This document shows, in pieces, positions 8,601-18,271 of a stretch of 64,000 nt of DNA. The notes below the pieces were generated by a model that did not search any database, was not told the origin of the DNA, and saw only the letters and a list, made by a program, of their open reading frames with translations. The DNA comes from an uncultured bacterium. GTDB lineage: Bacteria > CAZDME01 > JAYEMH01. The translations under genes were made by a program, and so were the position numbers. How positions within the stretch are numbered: the first letter of the stretch is position 1; every line of letters begins with the position of its first letter. The stretch is from NCBI GenBank assembly GCA_964506075.1, contig CAZDKO010000002.1, forward strand, positions 16 to 64,015, read 5' to 3'.

Positions 8601-9860
8601 TTGAAAAAAATTTTTGCCGTGATGTTGGTTTTTTCAATTTTTTTTATTTGGGCCGGTTTTGCTTCAGCGAAAGAAAGCAGCGTTTATTTTGACGGACAAA
8701 GGCACGGTGATGATTTACCTCTCTATAACATTGAAGGGGTAGATTATGCTTCTCTGGTTGATTTAAAAGAGATTTTAGACCTTTCTGTAGAATGGGAGCC
8801 CGTCTCCCGGCGGATAGTATTTAAAACGGAAAGGGGAGATATATCTCTTCTTATTGATAACCCGAGAATAATCGTTAATGAAAGGATTGCTTATTTAAAC
8901 AATCCGTCTCGTTTTTTAAACAGCGGGGTGGTCATTCCCATGCAATTTTTAACGGATTTTCTTCCGGAAATATTAGGATATAAAATTTCCTGGAGTCCGG
9001 AAGAATCGCGCCTGGATATTGAAAAAAAACAGAAAGTTATTATCGGGGAGAAAGAGGATTTCTCTCCGGTGGAATTATCTTCCCTGGAGGAAAAAGAACC
9101 GGTTTCTCCGAGGGGTGCGGCGGCTTCCGGTAAAAAGAAAAGCTCCGTACCCGGGAATTACCGGATTGATTTAGTCGTTATTGACCCCGGACACGGCGGG
9201 CGCGATCCCGGAGCCATAGGCAGAAAAGGACTTAAAGAGAAAGACGTCGTTTTAGATATTGCCCATCGGGTAAGCAGCCGGCTCAAAGAAAAAGGAATCC
9301 GGATTATTATGACCCGTGACCGAGACCAGTTTGTCTCTTTAGACGAAAGAGCGGCCATTGCCAATCGTAACCGGGCTGATTTATTTTTAAGCATTCACGC
9401 TAACGCTGCTTTTTCCCGCCGGGCTAACGGCTTTGAAACTTTTTACGTTTCGGAAGCGGTTGATGATCACGCGCGGGCCATAGCGGCGATAGAAAATTCC
9501 GTATTAGAACTGGAAAATAATAATTCCCGGAAAAAATTAGATAACACTCTCCACGCTATTCTCTGGGACCTGGCTTATACTGAGTTCAGGGTGGAAAGTA
9601 TTGAATGGGGAGAACTCTTACAGAGGGAGTTATGTAAAATAGCCCGGGGTGAGAACCGGGGGGTAAAACCCGGTCCTTTTTATGTTTTAAAGGGAGCGCA
9701 AATGCCTTCTATTTTAGTGGAAGTAGGGTTTATCAGTAACGTGGTAGAAGAGAGTTCTCTAAGAAAAAGTTCTTACCGGGATAAAATTGCCGACGCCATA
9801 GCTAACAGTGTTCTTTATTATAAAAAAGTATACGAGAAGAAGGCCGGTTTTACCAGATAG
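8601..9860 (+). CDS. N-acetylmuramoyl-L-alanine amidase (Amidase_3/AmiC-like) with N-terminal targeting domain
   Basis: VIDPGHGGRDPGA and LSIHANA motifs are present. The start was re-picked to TTG 8601 (AAGGAG 8 nt upstream) because the track start 8538 lies inside tmRNA. A signal peptide follows (LKKIFAVMLVFSIFFIWAGFASA). Confidence 0.85.
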   Translation: MKKIFAVMLVFSIFFIWAGFASAKESSVYFDGQRHGDDLPLYNIEGVDYASLVDLKEILDLSVEWEPVSRRIVFKTERGDISLLIDNPRIIVNERIAYLNNPSRFLNSGVVIPMQFLTDFLPEILGYKISWSPEESRLDIEKKQKVIIGEKEDFSPVELSSLEEKEPVSPRGAAASGKKKSSVPGNYRIDLVVIDPGHGGRDPGAIGRKGLKEKDVVLDIAHRVSSRLKEKGIRIIMTRDRDQFVSLDERAAIANRNRADLFLSIHANAAFSRRANGFETFYVSEAVDDHARAIAAIENSVLELENNNSRKKLDNTLHAILWDLAYTEFRVESIEWGELLQRELCKIARGENRGVKPGPFYVLKGAQMPSILVEVGFISNVVEESSLRKSSYRDKIADAIANSVLYYKKVYEKKAGFTR

Positions 9861-9873
9861 AAAGATAACCAAA

Positions 9874-10488
9874 ATGGCAAGGAAAGCAAAAATGAGAAAA
9901 CCCAGAAAATATAGTAAGAAGGTTAGTGTTTTTTGGCCGGTGTTTATTGTTATTGTCGGTTTTCTATTAATCGCCGGAGGGTTCTGGCTTTATGATGTTT
10001 TTTCCAAAAAAGAAAAAATAGAATTTTCTAAAGTAGGTGTTAAAGGCGAAAAAACAACCAGAGAAGTTAACCTTTATTTTGCCAGTCCGGATGCCGATAA
10101 ATTAGCGGTGGAAAAAAGGGAAATCCTCAAACAGTCCAATCAAATAGAAGAAATGAAAATGGTTGTAGACGAATTAATACGCGGACCGAGAAATAAGAAT
10201 ATGACTCAAACCCTGCCTCCGCAGACAAAACTTCGCTCGCTCTTCGTTGATTTTAATGAAGCGGTTGCTTATCTTGATTTTACGGAAAGCCTGGTTGAAT
10301 ATTCAGCCGGAGGAAGCACCGGAGAAATCCTTTCGGTCTATTCCCTCAGTAACACCATTATTGATAATTTTCCCGAAGTCAAACAGATAAAAATCCTGAT
10401 TAGCGGGGAAGAAAAGCAGACTTTAGATGGGCATATTGATCTGACTCGTCCTATTGGTTTTAGCGAAGGAATTGTTGAGACAAGATGA
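9874..10488 (+). CDS. GerMN-domain protein (membrane-anchored)
   Basis: Start at ATG 9874, after the amidase stop. It has a basic N-terminus plus a TM helix, then the pattern LYFASPDADKL...LIRGP...VAYLDF...LDGHIDL typical of GerM/LpqB-type domains. Amidase-GerM pairing is common. Confidence 0.6.
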   Translation: MARKAKMRKPRKYSKKVSVFWPVFIVIVGFLLIAGGFWLYDVFSKKEKIEFSKVGVKGEKTTREVNLYFASPDADKLAVEKREILKQSNQIEEMKMVVDELIRGPRNKNMTQTLPPQTKLRSLFVDFNEAVAYLDFTESLVEYSAGGSTGEILSVYSLSNTIIDNFPEVKQIKILISGEEKQTLDGHIDLTRPIGFSEGIVETR

Positions 10489-11279
10489 AGAATGCGCCCA
10501 TTGGTATATTTGATTCCGGTGTGGGAGGATTAACGGTTTTCCGCGAGATTTGCCGCTTTTTCCCTCATGAAGACATAGTTTACTTCGGTGATACGGCTCG
10601 TGTTCCTTACGGAAGCAAATCATCGGAAACTATTACCCGGTTTGCCTTTGAAAATATTGATTTTTTAAAAACTTTCAATACAAAGGTAATCGTTGTTGCC
10701 TGTAATACCGCTTCGGCCGTTCTTTCTAACCTGAAGAAAAATTTTAACCTGCCTTTAATTACCGTGATTGAACCCGGGGTAAAAGAAGCACTTTTTTCTT
10801 CCCGTAATAAAAGGGTCGGGGTTATCGGCACGGAAAGCACCATAAGAAGCGGGGCATACCAGAAAATTTTCGGTGAATATGATTCTTCGGTGAAAGTGTT
10901 TTCTCAAGCCTGTCCTCTTTTTGTTCCGTTGATTGAAGAAGATTGGATAAAAAGACCGGAAACCGTTTTAATCGTCCGGAGGTATTTATCGACGTTTAAA
11001 AATAAAAACATTGATACTTTAATTCTGGGTTGTACTCATTATCCTTTACTTAAGCCGGTTATCCGGGAAGAAACAGGTCCGCACGTTAAACTGATAGATT
11101 CGGCTTATGCCGTGGCTAAGGAACTGAAGAATTTGTTAAACCAGAGAAAAATAGAGATTAAGGATAAAGGGAAGCCGGAGTATAAATTTTTTGTCAGTGA
11201 CCTGCCGCCTAAGTTTAAAAAAATCGGCGAGAGGTTTATAAAACAAAAAATAGATAAAATTTACATTCACCGTATTTAA
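10485..11279 (+). CDS. murI: Glutamate racemase
   Basis: IGIFDSGVGGLTV is present, with the two catalytic Cys motifs VACNTAS and LGCTHYP. Confidence 0.9.
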   Translation: MKNAPIGIFDSGVGGLTVFREICRFFPHEDIVYFGDTARVPYGSKSSETITRFAFENIDFLKTFNTKVIVVACNTASAVLSNLKKNFNLPLITVIEPGVKEALFSSRNKRVGVIGTESTIRSGAYQKIFGEYDSSVKVFSQACPLFVPLIEEDWIKRPETVLIVRRYLSTFKNKNIDTLILGCTHYPLLKPVIREETGPHVKLIDSAYAVAKELKNLLNQRKIEIKDKGKPEYKFFVSDLPPKFKKIGERFIKQKIDKIYIHRI

Positions 11280-11292
11280 TCAAGGAATTATT

Positions 11293-11664
11293 ATGTTTGA
11301 AATAATGGTTGAAGATTATTTTAGCGCAGCTCACCGCCTGCGGGAATATAAGGGCAAATGTGAAGAGTTGCACGGACATAACTGGAAAGTTGAGGTGAGC
11401 GTGGAAGGGCGAAGCCTCAATCCAACCGGTATGGTTCTGGATTTTAAGGAGCTTAAGGATAAGCTTAAAAATGTTTTACAAAAATTAGACCACCGGTATT
11501 TAAATGAGGTGGCTCCTTTTGATAAAATAAACCCGACCTCAGAAAACGTTGCCTGTTATATTTATGGGGAATTAAAGAAAAATCTTAATGATGCCGGGAT
11601 TAAACTTTCTAAAGTTACCGTCTGGGAAGCGGAAAAATCCGGTGCTACTTATATGGAAGGTTAA
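11293..11664 (+). CDS. queD: 6-carboxy-5,6,7,8-tetrahydropterin synthase
   Basis: 123-aa PTPS-fold protein with FSAAHRL...CEELHGHNWKVEV. It lies next to queC/queE. Confidence 0.9.
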   Translation: MFEIMVEDYFSAAHRLREYKGKCEELHGHNWKVEVSVEGRSLNPTGMVLDFKELKDKLKNVLQKLDHRYLNEVAPFDKINPTSENVACYIYGELKKNLNDAGIKLSKVTVWEAEKSGATYMEG

Positions 11665-11675
11665 AATAAAATTAG

Positions 11676-12377
11676 ATGAAAAAGGCGGTAATTTTACTTT
11701 CCGGAGGGCTGGATTCTACCGTAACTTTATATCTGGCTAAAGAGGCCGGATATAAAGTTTACGGCCTTACTTTTAATTACGGACAAAGGCATAAAAAGGA
11801 GATAGAGGCGGCTAAAAAAATATCCCGCCGTATAAAAGTGCCTCTGGAAATAGTCAAAATAAAACTTCCCTGGCTTAAAGATGCTTTGACTGATAAAAGA
11901 AAACATCTGCCAATGAGAAATTTAGAAGAAATTCCCCGGCAGATACCCTCAACTTACGTGGCGGCACGCAACACCATATTTTTAAGTTTTGCCGTTTCTT
12001 TTGCCGAATCAATCGGCGCCGGAACCATATTTATCGGGGCTAACGCTCTGGACTGGAGCGGTTACCCGGACTGCACCCCGGAATATTTCCGGGCCTGGGA
12101 GAAAGTCATAGAGCGGGGAACAAAGACAGGGATAAAGGGGAAGCGGATAAAAATAAAGGTTCCTTTAGTTCGTAAAACTAAAGCGGATATTGTCAAACTC
12201 GGGGAAAAAACAGGCGTACCTTTTGAACTGACCTGGTCCTGCTACGAAGGGGGAAAATTTCCCTGCGGTAAATGTGACACCTGTTTATTAAGAGCTAAAG
12301 GTTTTAAAATGGCCGGGATTAAAGACCCGGCGGTAAAACAAATTTTTAAAAATGAAACAGAACGCAAAAATTCTTGA
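11676..12377 (+). CDS. queC: 7-cyano-7-deazaguanine synthase
   Basis: PP-loop LLSGGLDST and a C-terminal Zn-Cys cluster (SCYEGGKFPCGKCDTCLLR). Confidence 0.9.
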   Translation: MKKAVILLSGGLDSTVTLYLAKEAGYKVYGLTFNYGQRHKKEIEAAKKISRRIKVPLEIVKIKLPWLKDALTDKRKHLPMRNLEEIPRQIPSTYVAARNTIFLSFAVSFAESIGAGTIFIGANALDWSGYPDCTPEYFRAWEKVIERGTKTGIKGKRIKIKVPLVRKTKADIVKLGEKTGVPFELTWSCYEGGKFPCGKCDTCLLRAKGFKMAGIKDPAVKQIFKNETERKNS

Positions 12378-13050
12378 GATTTTTCCCAGTATTCAGGGAG
12401 AGGGACCTTATTTAGGAGAGAGGCAGATTTTTATCCGTTTCGCCGGATGTAATTTAAGCTGTATTTTTTGTGACGTGGCCGCTGAAATATTTCCGGAAGT
12501 CCAATATTTTAGTCCGGAAGAATTATCTAACGCCGTTAAGAATTTAGAAGCTAAATCCGGGCCTTTTCATTCTTTGAGTTTGACCGGAGGAGAACCGTTA
12601 CTTCAGGTTGAATTCCTGAAAGAGTTTTTAGACGGGGTTAAAAAAAATAAAATATATCTGGAAACCAACGGGACGTTGCCGGATAAATTAGAAGAGGTTA
12701 TTGAGCGGATTGATTTTATCAGTCTGGATTTTAAACTGCCTTCTTCAGCCGGGATGAAAAGTTGCTGGGAACTCCATCGTCGCTTTTTAAAGATTGCCAG
12801 AGTGAAAAAAACCTTTGTCAAACTGATACTGACCGATAAAACGACCCCGGAAGATTTTAAAAAAGCCGTAGAGATAATAAATGATATTGATAAAACTATC
12901 CCTCTGGTTCTTCAGCCGGTAACGGCTGTAAACGGGTTCAGGGATGAAATCTCTCCGCAGAAATTACTTTTTTTCCAGAGGGAGGCTTTAAAATTTCTTG
13001 GTGAAGTCAAAATTATTCCTCAACTCCATAAGGTGCTGGGAGTGAGGTAA
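12352..13050 (+). CDS. queE: 7-carboxy-7-deazaguanine synthase (radical SAM)
   Basis: EIFPSIQGEGPYLGERQIFIRFAGCNLSCIFCD is the QueE-type cluster motif. The start overlaps the end of queC. Confidence 0.85.
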   Translation: MKQNAKILEIFPSIQGEGPYLGERQIFIRFAGCNLSCIFCDVAAEIFPEVQYFSPEELSNAVKNLEAKSGPFHSLSLTGGEPLLQVEFLKEFLDGVKKNKIYLETNGTLPDKLEEVIERIDFISLDFKLPSSAGMKSCWELHRRFLKIARVKKTFVKLILTDKTTPEDFKKAVEIINDIDKTIPLVLQPVTAVNGFRDEISPQKLLFFQREALKFLGEVKIIPQLHKVLGVR

Positions 13051-13065
13051 TTTAAGGATTGTAAG

Positions 13066-13094
13066 TTGACAGTGACATATATATATGATATTAT
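13066..13094 (+). promoter_or_regulatory. Near-consensus sigma70 promoter of the rplU-rpmA-obg operon
   Basis: TTGACA (13066-13071), 17-nt spacer, TATTAT (13089-13094). AAGGAAGG SD lies before the ATG at 13131. Confidence 0.5.
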
Positions 13095-13130
13095 AAAAAG
13101 CCGCAATTAAAGAAAGGAAGGTTAAATCGG

Positions 13131-13448
13131 ATGTACGCTATAGTTGAAGTAATGTCAAAACAGTATAAAGTGATACCGGGAGAAATGATAACGGTGGATA
13201 ATCTCCCTGTCCGGAAGAAAAAAGAAATAGAATTTAAAAATGTTCTTTTAATAGCTGATAATAAAGATGTTTCTATCGGCACGCCTTTTATCAAAGGAGC
13301 CAGGGTAGCCGGAGAGATAATTCAGCAGAAAAAGGGGCGGAAAATCAGAGTGTTCAAGTATCTCAAACGTAAAGATTTTCACCGGACGATTGGCCATCGC
13401 CAATTAGAAACGCAGATAAAAATTATAGAAGTTAAACAAGGAGAGTAA
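13131..13448 (+). CDS. rplU: 50S ribosomal protein L21
   Basis: MYAIVE...GKQYKV-type N-terminus, 105 aa, followed directly by L27. Confidence 0.95.
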   Translation: MYAIVEVMSKQYKVIPGEMITVDNLPVRKKKEIEFKNVLLIADNKDVSIGTPFIKGARVAGEIIQQKKGRKIRVFKYLKRKDFHRTIGHRQLETQIKIIEVKQGE

Positions 13449-13451
13449 CAA

Positions 13452-13709
13452 ATGGCACATAAAAAAGGAATGGGAAGCTCCTCCAACGGCCGTGACAGTG
13501 CCGGCCAGCGGTTAGGAGTTAAAAGGTATGCCGGACAGTTTATCCAGGCCGGCAGTATTATCGTCAGACAGCGCGGAACCCGTTTTAAGCCGGGGGATTA
13601 TGTAGGCATCGGGAAAGACGATACCCTTTTTGCCAAAGCCAGCGGTTTAGTTTCTTTTAGGAAACTGGGCAAAGGTAAAAACATTGTCAGTATCATAGCC
13701 AGAACTTAA
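13452..13709 (+). CDS. rpmA: 50S ribosomal protein L27
   Basis: [24 protein letters not shown]...RQRGT. Confidence 0.95.
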   Translation: MAHKKGMGSSSNGRDSAGQRLGVKRYAGQFIQAGSIIVRQRGTRFKPGDYVGIGKDDTLFAKASGLVSFRKLGKGKNIVSIIART

Positions 13710-13727
13710 TTTTTAGACTTTCTTAGC

Positions 13728-14717
13728 GTGTTTATTGACGTTGCTGAAATATATGTGAAAGCGGGTAATGGGGGAGCCGGGTGCGTGAGTTTCCACCGGG
13801 AGAAGTACATCTCCCGCGGCGGGCCTGACGGAGGAAATGGAGGTAAAGGAGGCGATGTAACCATTGAAGCCGACCGACATTTAGCCACCTTGATGGATTT
13901 CCATTATAAAAAACGTTGGTGCGCGGAGAACGGTGAAAGAGGAAAAGGAAACCGGAGAACCGGTGCCAATGGAAAAAGTTTAGTCATAAAAGTTCCTACG
14001 GGAACCGTCATTAAAGAGAAAGAAACCGATAGAGAATTTGATTTAATTGAAGACAAAGAAAAAATAATAATTGCTTATGGAGGAAAAGGCGGCAGAGGAA
14101 ATGCCGCTTTTGCTACATCTACGGAAAGAGCGCCCCGTTTTGCCCAGAAAGGCATTCCCGGGCAGGAAAAGATTATCAGGTTAGAACTTAAATTGATTGC
14201 CGACGTCGGTTTGGTCGGCTGTCCCAACGCGGGAAAATCCACTTTTTTAGGCAAAGTGACCGGGGCAAAACCAAAAGTAGCCTCTTATCCTTTTACTACT
14301 TTAAGGCCGTATCTGGGGCTGGTAGAAATTGATTCAGCGACGCGTTTTGTTTTAGCCGATATCCCCGGTTTACTGGAGGGGGCTCATAAAGGCGTGGGGC
14401 TGGGAGATGATTTTCTCCGTCATATTGAAAGAACCAGGATTATTATTTATGTTATAGACCTGGCCGGAACCGACGGGCGTGACCCGGTCAATGATTTTTA
14501 CGTTTTAGAAAAGGAACTCAAATCTTATAAAGCGGATTTAAGCCAGAGACCTTTTTTTATCGCTTTAAACAAAATTGATTTACCCGAAGCCAAAAAGAAC
14601 CTCGACAGATTTAAAAAAGAAGTAAAAGGTAAAATTTATCCTCTTTCGGCTTTGACCGGCGAGGGGGTAGACAGTTTAATTAAAGCCGTCGCTAAAGAAC
14701 AACAAAAGGTAAACTGA
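13728..14717 (+). CDS. obg: GTPase Obg/CgtA
   Basis: GTG start. It has the Obg fold (FIDVAEIYVKAGNGGAGCVSFHREK, glycine-rich GGxGG repeats), G1 GCPNAGKST, G3 DIPGL and G4 NKID. Confidence 0.95.
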   Translation: MFIDVAEIYVKAGNGGAGCVSFHREKYISRGGPDGGNGGKGGDVTIEADRHLATLMDFHYKKRWCAENGERGKGNRRTGANGKSLVIKVPTGTVIKEKETDREFDLIEDKEKIIIAYGGKGGRGNAAFATSTERAPRFAQKGIPGQEKIIRLELKLIADVGLVGCPNAGKSTFLGKVTGAKPKVASYPFTTLRPYLGLVEIDSATRFVLADIPGLLEGAHKGVGLGDDFLRHIERTRIIIYVIDLAGTDGRDPVNDFYVLEKELKSYKADLSQRPFFIALNKIDLPEAKKNLDRFKKEVKGKIYPLSALTGEGVDSLIKAVAKEQQKVN

Positions 14718-14725
14718 TTAAACCA

Positions 14726-15853
14726 ATGAAACGCCATCAATTTTTCAGTCAGGCCAGAAGAATAGTAATCAAGATAGGCACCAATGTCCTTACTAATAAA
14801 AACAATACCTTAAATCTGCAACGTATTGAAAATATCGTCAAGGATATAGCTGCTTTAAAAAAAGAAAACCGGGAAATTGTCATTGTTACTTCGGGGGCAA
14901 TAGGAGCGGGTATGGGGCGGCTTAAACTTAAGGAAAAGCCGCGGACTATCCCTTTAAAACAGGCGGCGGCTTCGGTGGGACAGAGCCAGCTTATGTTTAT
15001 CTATGATAAGTTTTTCAGCCGTTTTAAAAGAATAGTCGGACAGGTCCTTCTTACCCAGGAAGACCTGAACGATAGAAGTCGCTACCTTAACGCGCGTAAT
15101 ACCTTAAGAAGTTTGCTCGGTGCCGGTGTTATTCCGATTATTAACGAGAATGATACCGTAGCCGTAGAGGAGATTAAAGTCGGAGATAATGATATTCTTT
15201 CGGCTCTGGTTACCAATCTCATTGAAGCCGATTTATTGATTATTTTATCCGATATTGACGGTTTTCATACCGGGGATCCCAAGAAAAATAAAAAAGCTAA
15301 ATTAATTTTACAGGTAGAAAAAATTACCAGCCAGATTGAAGAAATGGCTGAAGGGACAATTGTTCATACGGCTACCGGCGGAATGAAAACCAAAATTCAA
15401 GCGGCTAAAATAGTGACTAAATCCGGAGAGGCAATGATTATTGCCAACGGGACCAAAAAAAGTATTTTGTCCAGACTTTTTGCCGGTGAGGAAACCGGCA
15501 CTTTATTTATTCCGGAATTCCAGGATAAGATGGCCAGCCGCAAACGCTGGATTGCTTTTCGGCTTAGCGTCAAAGGAGTGATACTTTTAGACGAAGGGGC
15601 CAAGGAAGCTCTGATTTCCAAAGGTAAAAGTTTACTCCCTTCCGGTATAATCGGCTATAAAGGTAAATTTCAGCCCGGAGACATAGTCAGTCTTCAGGAT
15701 ATCAAAGGCCGGGAGATAGCCCGGGGGATGGTGAATTATTCTCATGAAGAGCTGGATAAAATAAAAGGGAAGAAAACAACCGAAATTGAAAAAATTCTCG
15801 GTTATAAATATTACGACGAAATAATTCACCGTAATAACATGGCGGTGATATAA
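14726..15853 (+). CDS. proB: Glutamate 5-kinase (with PUA domain)
   Basis: Amino-acid kinase pattern (IVIKIGTNVLT, VTSGAIGAG, NENDTV, GDNDILSA) plus a C-terminal PUA-like region. Confidence 0.9.
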   Translation: MKRHQFFSQARRIVIKIGTNVLTNKNNTLNLQRIENIVKDIAALKKENREIVIVTSGAIGAGMGRLKLKEKPRTIPLKQAAASVGQSQLMFIYDKFFSRFKRIVGQVLLTQEDLNDRSRYLNARNTLRSLLGAGVIPIINENDTVAVEEIKVGDNDILSALVTNLIEADLLIILSDIDGFHTGDPKKNKKAKLILQVEKITSQIEEMAEGTIVHTATGGMKTKIQAAKIVTKSGEAMIIANGTKKSILSRLFAGEETGTLFIPEFQDKMASRKRWIAFRLSVKGVILLDEGAKEALISKGKSLLPSGIIGYKGKFQPGDIVSLQDIKGREIARGMVNYSHEELDKIKGKKTTEIEKILGYKYYDEIIHRNNMAVI

Positions 15854-15895
15854 ATAGAAATAAGGATTAAGACGTTCGCTGCGCTCACTTTAAGG

Positions 15896-15992
15896 ATTAA
15901 GCTTCTTACAGGATTAAGAATTAAGACGTTTCCTACGGAAACTCTAAGAATTAAGTTTTTAGTTACTTAATCCTTACCACTTAATTCTACGG
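15896..15992. repeat. 97-bp repeat, copy B (perfect inverted partner of 7286-7382)
   Basis: Exact reverse-complement identity to 7286-7382. Similarity continues degenerately for ~10 more nt (ACGGaATACGgA versus ACGGtATACGaA). Confidence 0.85.
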
Positions 15993-16007
15993 AATACGGA
16001 CGACGAA

Positions 16008-17270
16008 ATGGTAATTCAGATGGAAAAGACAATCAAACAAATTGCCGAGGCGACCAGGAAAGCCGGTTTTTTCCTTGCCCAGGTAAGCGAGGAAGGAAAA
16101 AACAAAGCCCTTAATAAAATGGCTTATTTTATTGAAAGAGATGCCAGATTAATAAAAACGGCCAATCAAAAAGATATTCGTTACAGTCAGGAGCATAAAC
16201 TCTCCTCGGCTTTAATTGACCGTCTGGCTCTTAACGATAAACGCATTAAGAGTATGGCTGAAGGTTTAAGGGAGGTGGCCCTTTTAAAAGACCCGGTGGG
16301 GGAGATAATCAAGCAGTGGAAGAGGCCTAACGGTTTGGAGATTACCAAAATCAGAGTTCCTATCGGCGTCATCGGGATAATTTATGAATCCCGCCCCAAC
16401 GTCACGGCCGACGTTGCCGGTCTTTGTTTAAAATCAGGTAATGCCGTCATTCTCCGGGGCGGTTCGGAGGCGGTAAATTCAAACCGGGCCATCGTTAATA
16501 TTTTAAAGCGGGCACTTAATGACGTCGGTTTTCCCGAAACAATTCTGGGTTATATTGATTTCACCCGCCATGAAGCGGTGAAAATTTTGTTAAAGATGGA
16601 TAAATATATTGATTTGATTATCCCCAGAGGAGGAGCAAATTTAATTAAGACGGTAAAAGAAAACTCGCTTATCCCGGTGGTGGCGCACGATAAAGGCGTC
16701 TGCCACGTCTACGTTGATAAAGCGGCTGATCCGGGAAAAGCCGAAGAGGTAGCTTATAATGCCAAGACAAACCGGCCGGGGACGTGTAACGCCATGGAAA
16801 CTTTACTGGTGCATCAGGCCGTAGCCGAGACATTTCTTCCCGAGATGTTAAAACGTTTTAAAGAGGCAAAGGTAGAAATAAGGGGCTGCCCGAAAACTAA
16901 AAGTATTTTCCCCGCTATCAAAGAAGCGGCCGAGGAGGACTGGTCTGCCGAATATTTAGATTTAATTTTAGCGGTGAAAGTTGTAGAAAACGTTGAACAG
17001 GCGGTTTCCCATATCAATCAATATGGCTCCGGACATTCCGACGCCATTATCACCGAAGATAAAAAAACGGCTGAATTCTTTTTAGCCAGGGTTGATTCGG
17101 CCTGTGTATATGTAAATGCCTCTACCCGTTTTACCGACGGCAATCAGTTTGGTATGGGAGCGGAAATCGGTATCAGTACCAGTAAGATTCACGCCCGCGG
17201 TCCAATGGGACTTGAAGAATTAACGACCTACAAATACTTAATTCGTGGTAACGGACAAATCAGGAGTTAA
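16008..17270 (+). CDS. proA: Gamma-glutamyl phosphate reductase
   Basis: Aldehyde-dehydrogenase-like protein with IYESRPNVT and PGTCNAMETLLVH (catalytic Cys). It follows proB. Confidence 0.9.
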   Translation: MVIQMEKTIKQIAEATRKAGFFLAQVSEEGKNKALNKMAYFIERDARLIKTANQKDIRYSQEHKLSSALIDRLALNDKRIKSMAEGLREVALLKDPVGEIIKQWKRPNGLEITKIRVPIGVIGIIYESRPNVTADVAGLCLKSGNAVILRGGSEAVNSNRAIVNILKRALNDVGFPETILGYIDFTRHEAVKILLKMDKYIDLIIPRGGANLIKTVKENSLIPVVAHDKGVCHVYVDKAADPGKAEEVAYNAKTNRPGTCNAMETLLVHQAVAETFLPEMLKRFKEAKVEIRGCPKTKSIFPAIKEAAEEDWSAEYLDLILAVKVVENVEQAVSHINQYGSGHSDAIITEDKKTAEFFLARVDSACVYVNASTRFTDGNQFGMGAEIGISTSKIHARGPMGLEELTTYKYLIRGNGQIRS

Positions 17271-17282
17271 GCAATATTCATC

Positions 17283-17876
17283 ATGGAAAAGAAGGATGCT
17301 GTCGGTATATTTGGAGGGACGTTTAATCCGGTTCATAATGCCCATCTCCGTTTAGCCAGGGTAGCGAAAGAGAAGTTTAATTTATCAAAAATTATTTTTG
17401 TCCCGTCTGCCCGCCCGCCGCATAAAAAAGTTTATGACGAAGTAACCCCTTACCAGCGTTATCAGATGACCAGGTTAGCGGTTAAGGAGTTTCCCTTTTT
17501 TTCGGTCTCTAACGTTGAATTAAAGCGGGGCGGCAAATCTTACAGTGTGGAAACCGTTGAACGATTAAGAAAAAGGTTCAAAAAAGGCAGTGAAATTTTT
17601 TTTATTATCGGTTCGGATTCTCTTTCCCAGCTTTCTACCTGGAAAAGAATCGGCAAGCTTTTTAAACTCTGTAAATTCGTGGTTTTTAAAAGGCCCGGAT
17701 ACCCGGTGAAAATTCTTAATAAAGAGTTTAAAGACCGGGTTGAAATCGTTAACATAAAACCGCAGGATATTTCTTCAACGGAAATCAGAAAGAGAATTAA
17801 ACAGGGTAAAAGCGTTTCCGGGATGGTGCCGGGAAGCGTTTTAGACTATATCAGAAAAAATAAACTTTATCATTAA
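17283..17876 (+). CDS. nadD: Nicotinate-nucleotide adenylyltransferase
   Basis: GIFGGTFNPVHNAHL (HxGH-type motif) and ISSTEIR. Confidence 0.9.
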   Translation: MEKKDAVGIFGGTFNPVHNAHLRLARVAKEKFNLSKIIFVPSARPPHKKVYDEVTPYQRYQMTRLAVKEFPFFSVSNVELKRGGKSYSVETVERLRKRFKKGSEIFFIIGSDSLSQLSTWKRIGKLFKLCKFVVFKRPGYPVKILNKEFKDRVEIVNIKPQDISSTEIRKRIKQGKSVSGMVPGSVLDYIRKNKLYH

Positions 17877-17893
17877 AGGACAGGTGATTTAAT

Positions 17894-18271
17894 TTGGAGG
17901 CTAAAGAGAAAGCTCTTCTGGCCGGAGAATTAGCTTCTCAGAAGAAAGCAGAAGATATTGTTGTTTTAGAAATGAAAAAGGTTACGAACCTGACCGATTA
18001 TTTTGTCATCTGTTCCGGGACTTCTTCTGTCCATCTTGAAGCGGTTACCGACGGGATTATTGAGGGGTTAGCCAGAGAAAAAATAAAACCCCTGGGGACG
18101 GAAGGTTCCAGAGCTTCAAACTGGTTTCTCATTGATTATGGTGATGTAATCATTCATGTTTTCCGTGAAGAAGCCAGAATTTTTTACCGGCTGGAAAATC
18201 TGTGGGGGGATACCAAAAAGGTAAGGTTAAAGAAAGCTGAAAAAACAAAGGTGAAGAGTGTATCAAATTAA
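17894..18271 (+). CDS. rsfS: Ribosomal silencing factor RsfS (IojAP family)
   Basis: TTG start. Pattern DIVVLEM...TDYFVICSGTS..H...WFLIDYGDVIIHVF, with the usual nadD-rsfS linkage. Confidence 0.85.
   Translation: MEAKEKALLAGELASQKKAEDIVVLEMKKVTNLTDYFVICSGTSSVHLEAVTDGIIEGLAREKIKPLGTEGSRASNWFLIDYGDVIIHVFREEARIFYRLENLWGDTKKVRLKKAEKTKVKSVSN

Noticed and set aside
8161-8637. 158-aa minus-strand ORF.
   Set aside because: It lies antisense across the entire tmRNA gene (8217-8572) and the family-H palindrome. The tmRNA features (G3:U acceptor, T-arm, tag ORF, adjacent smpB) explain the region.
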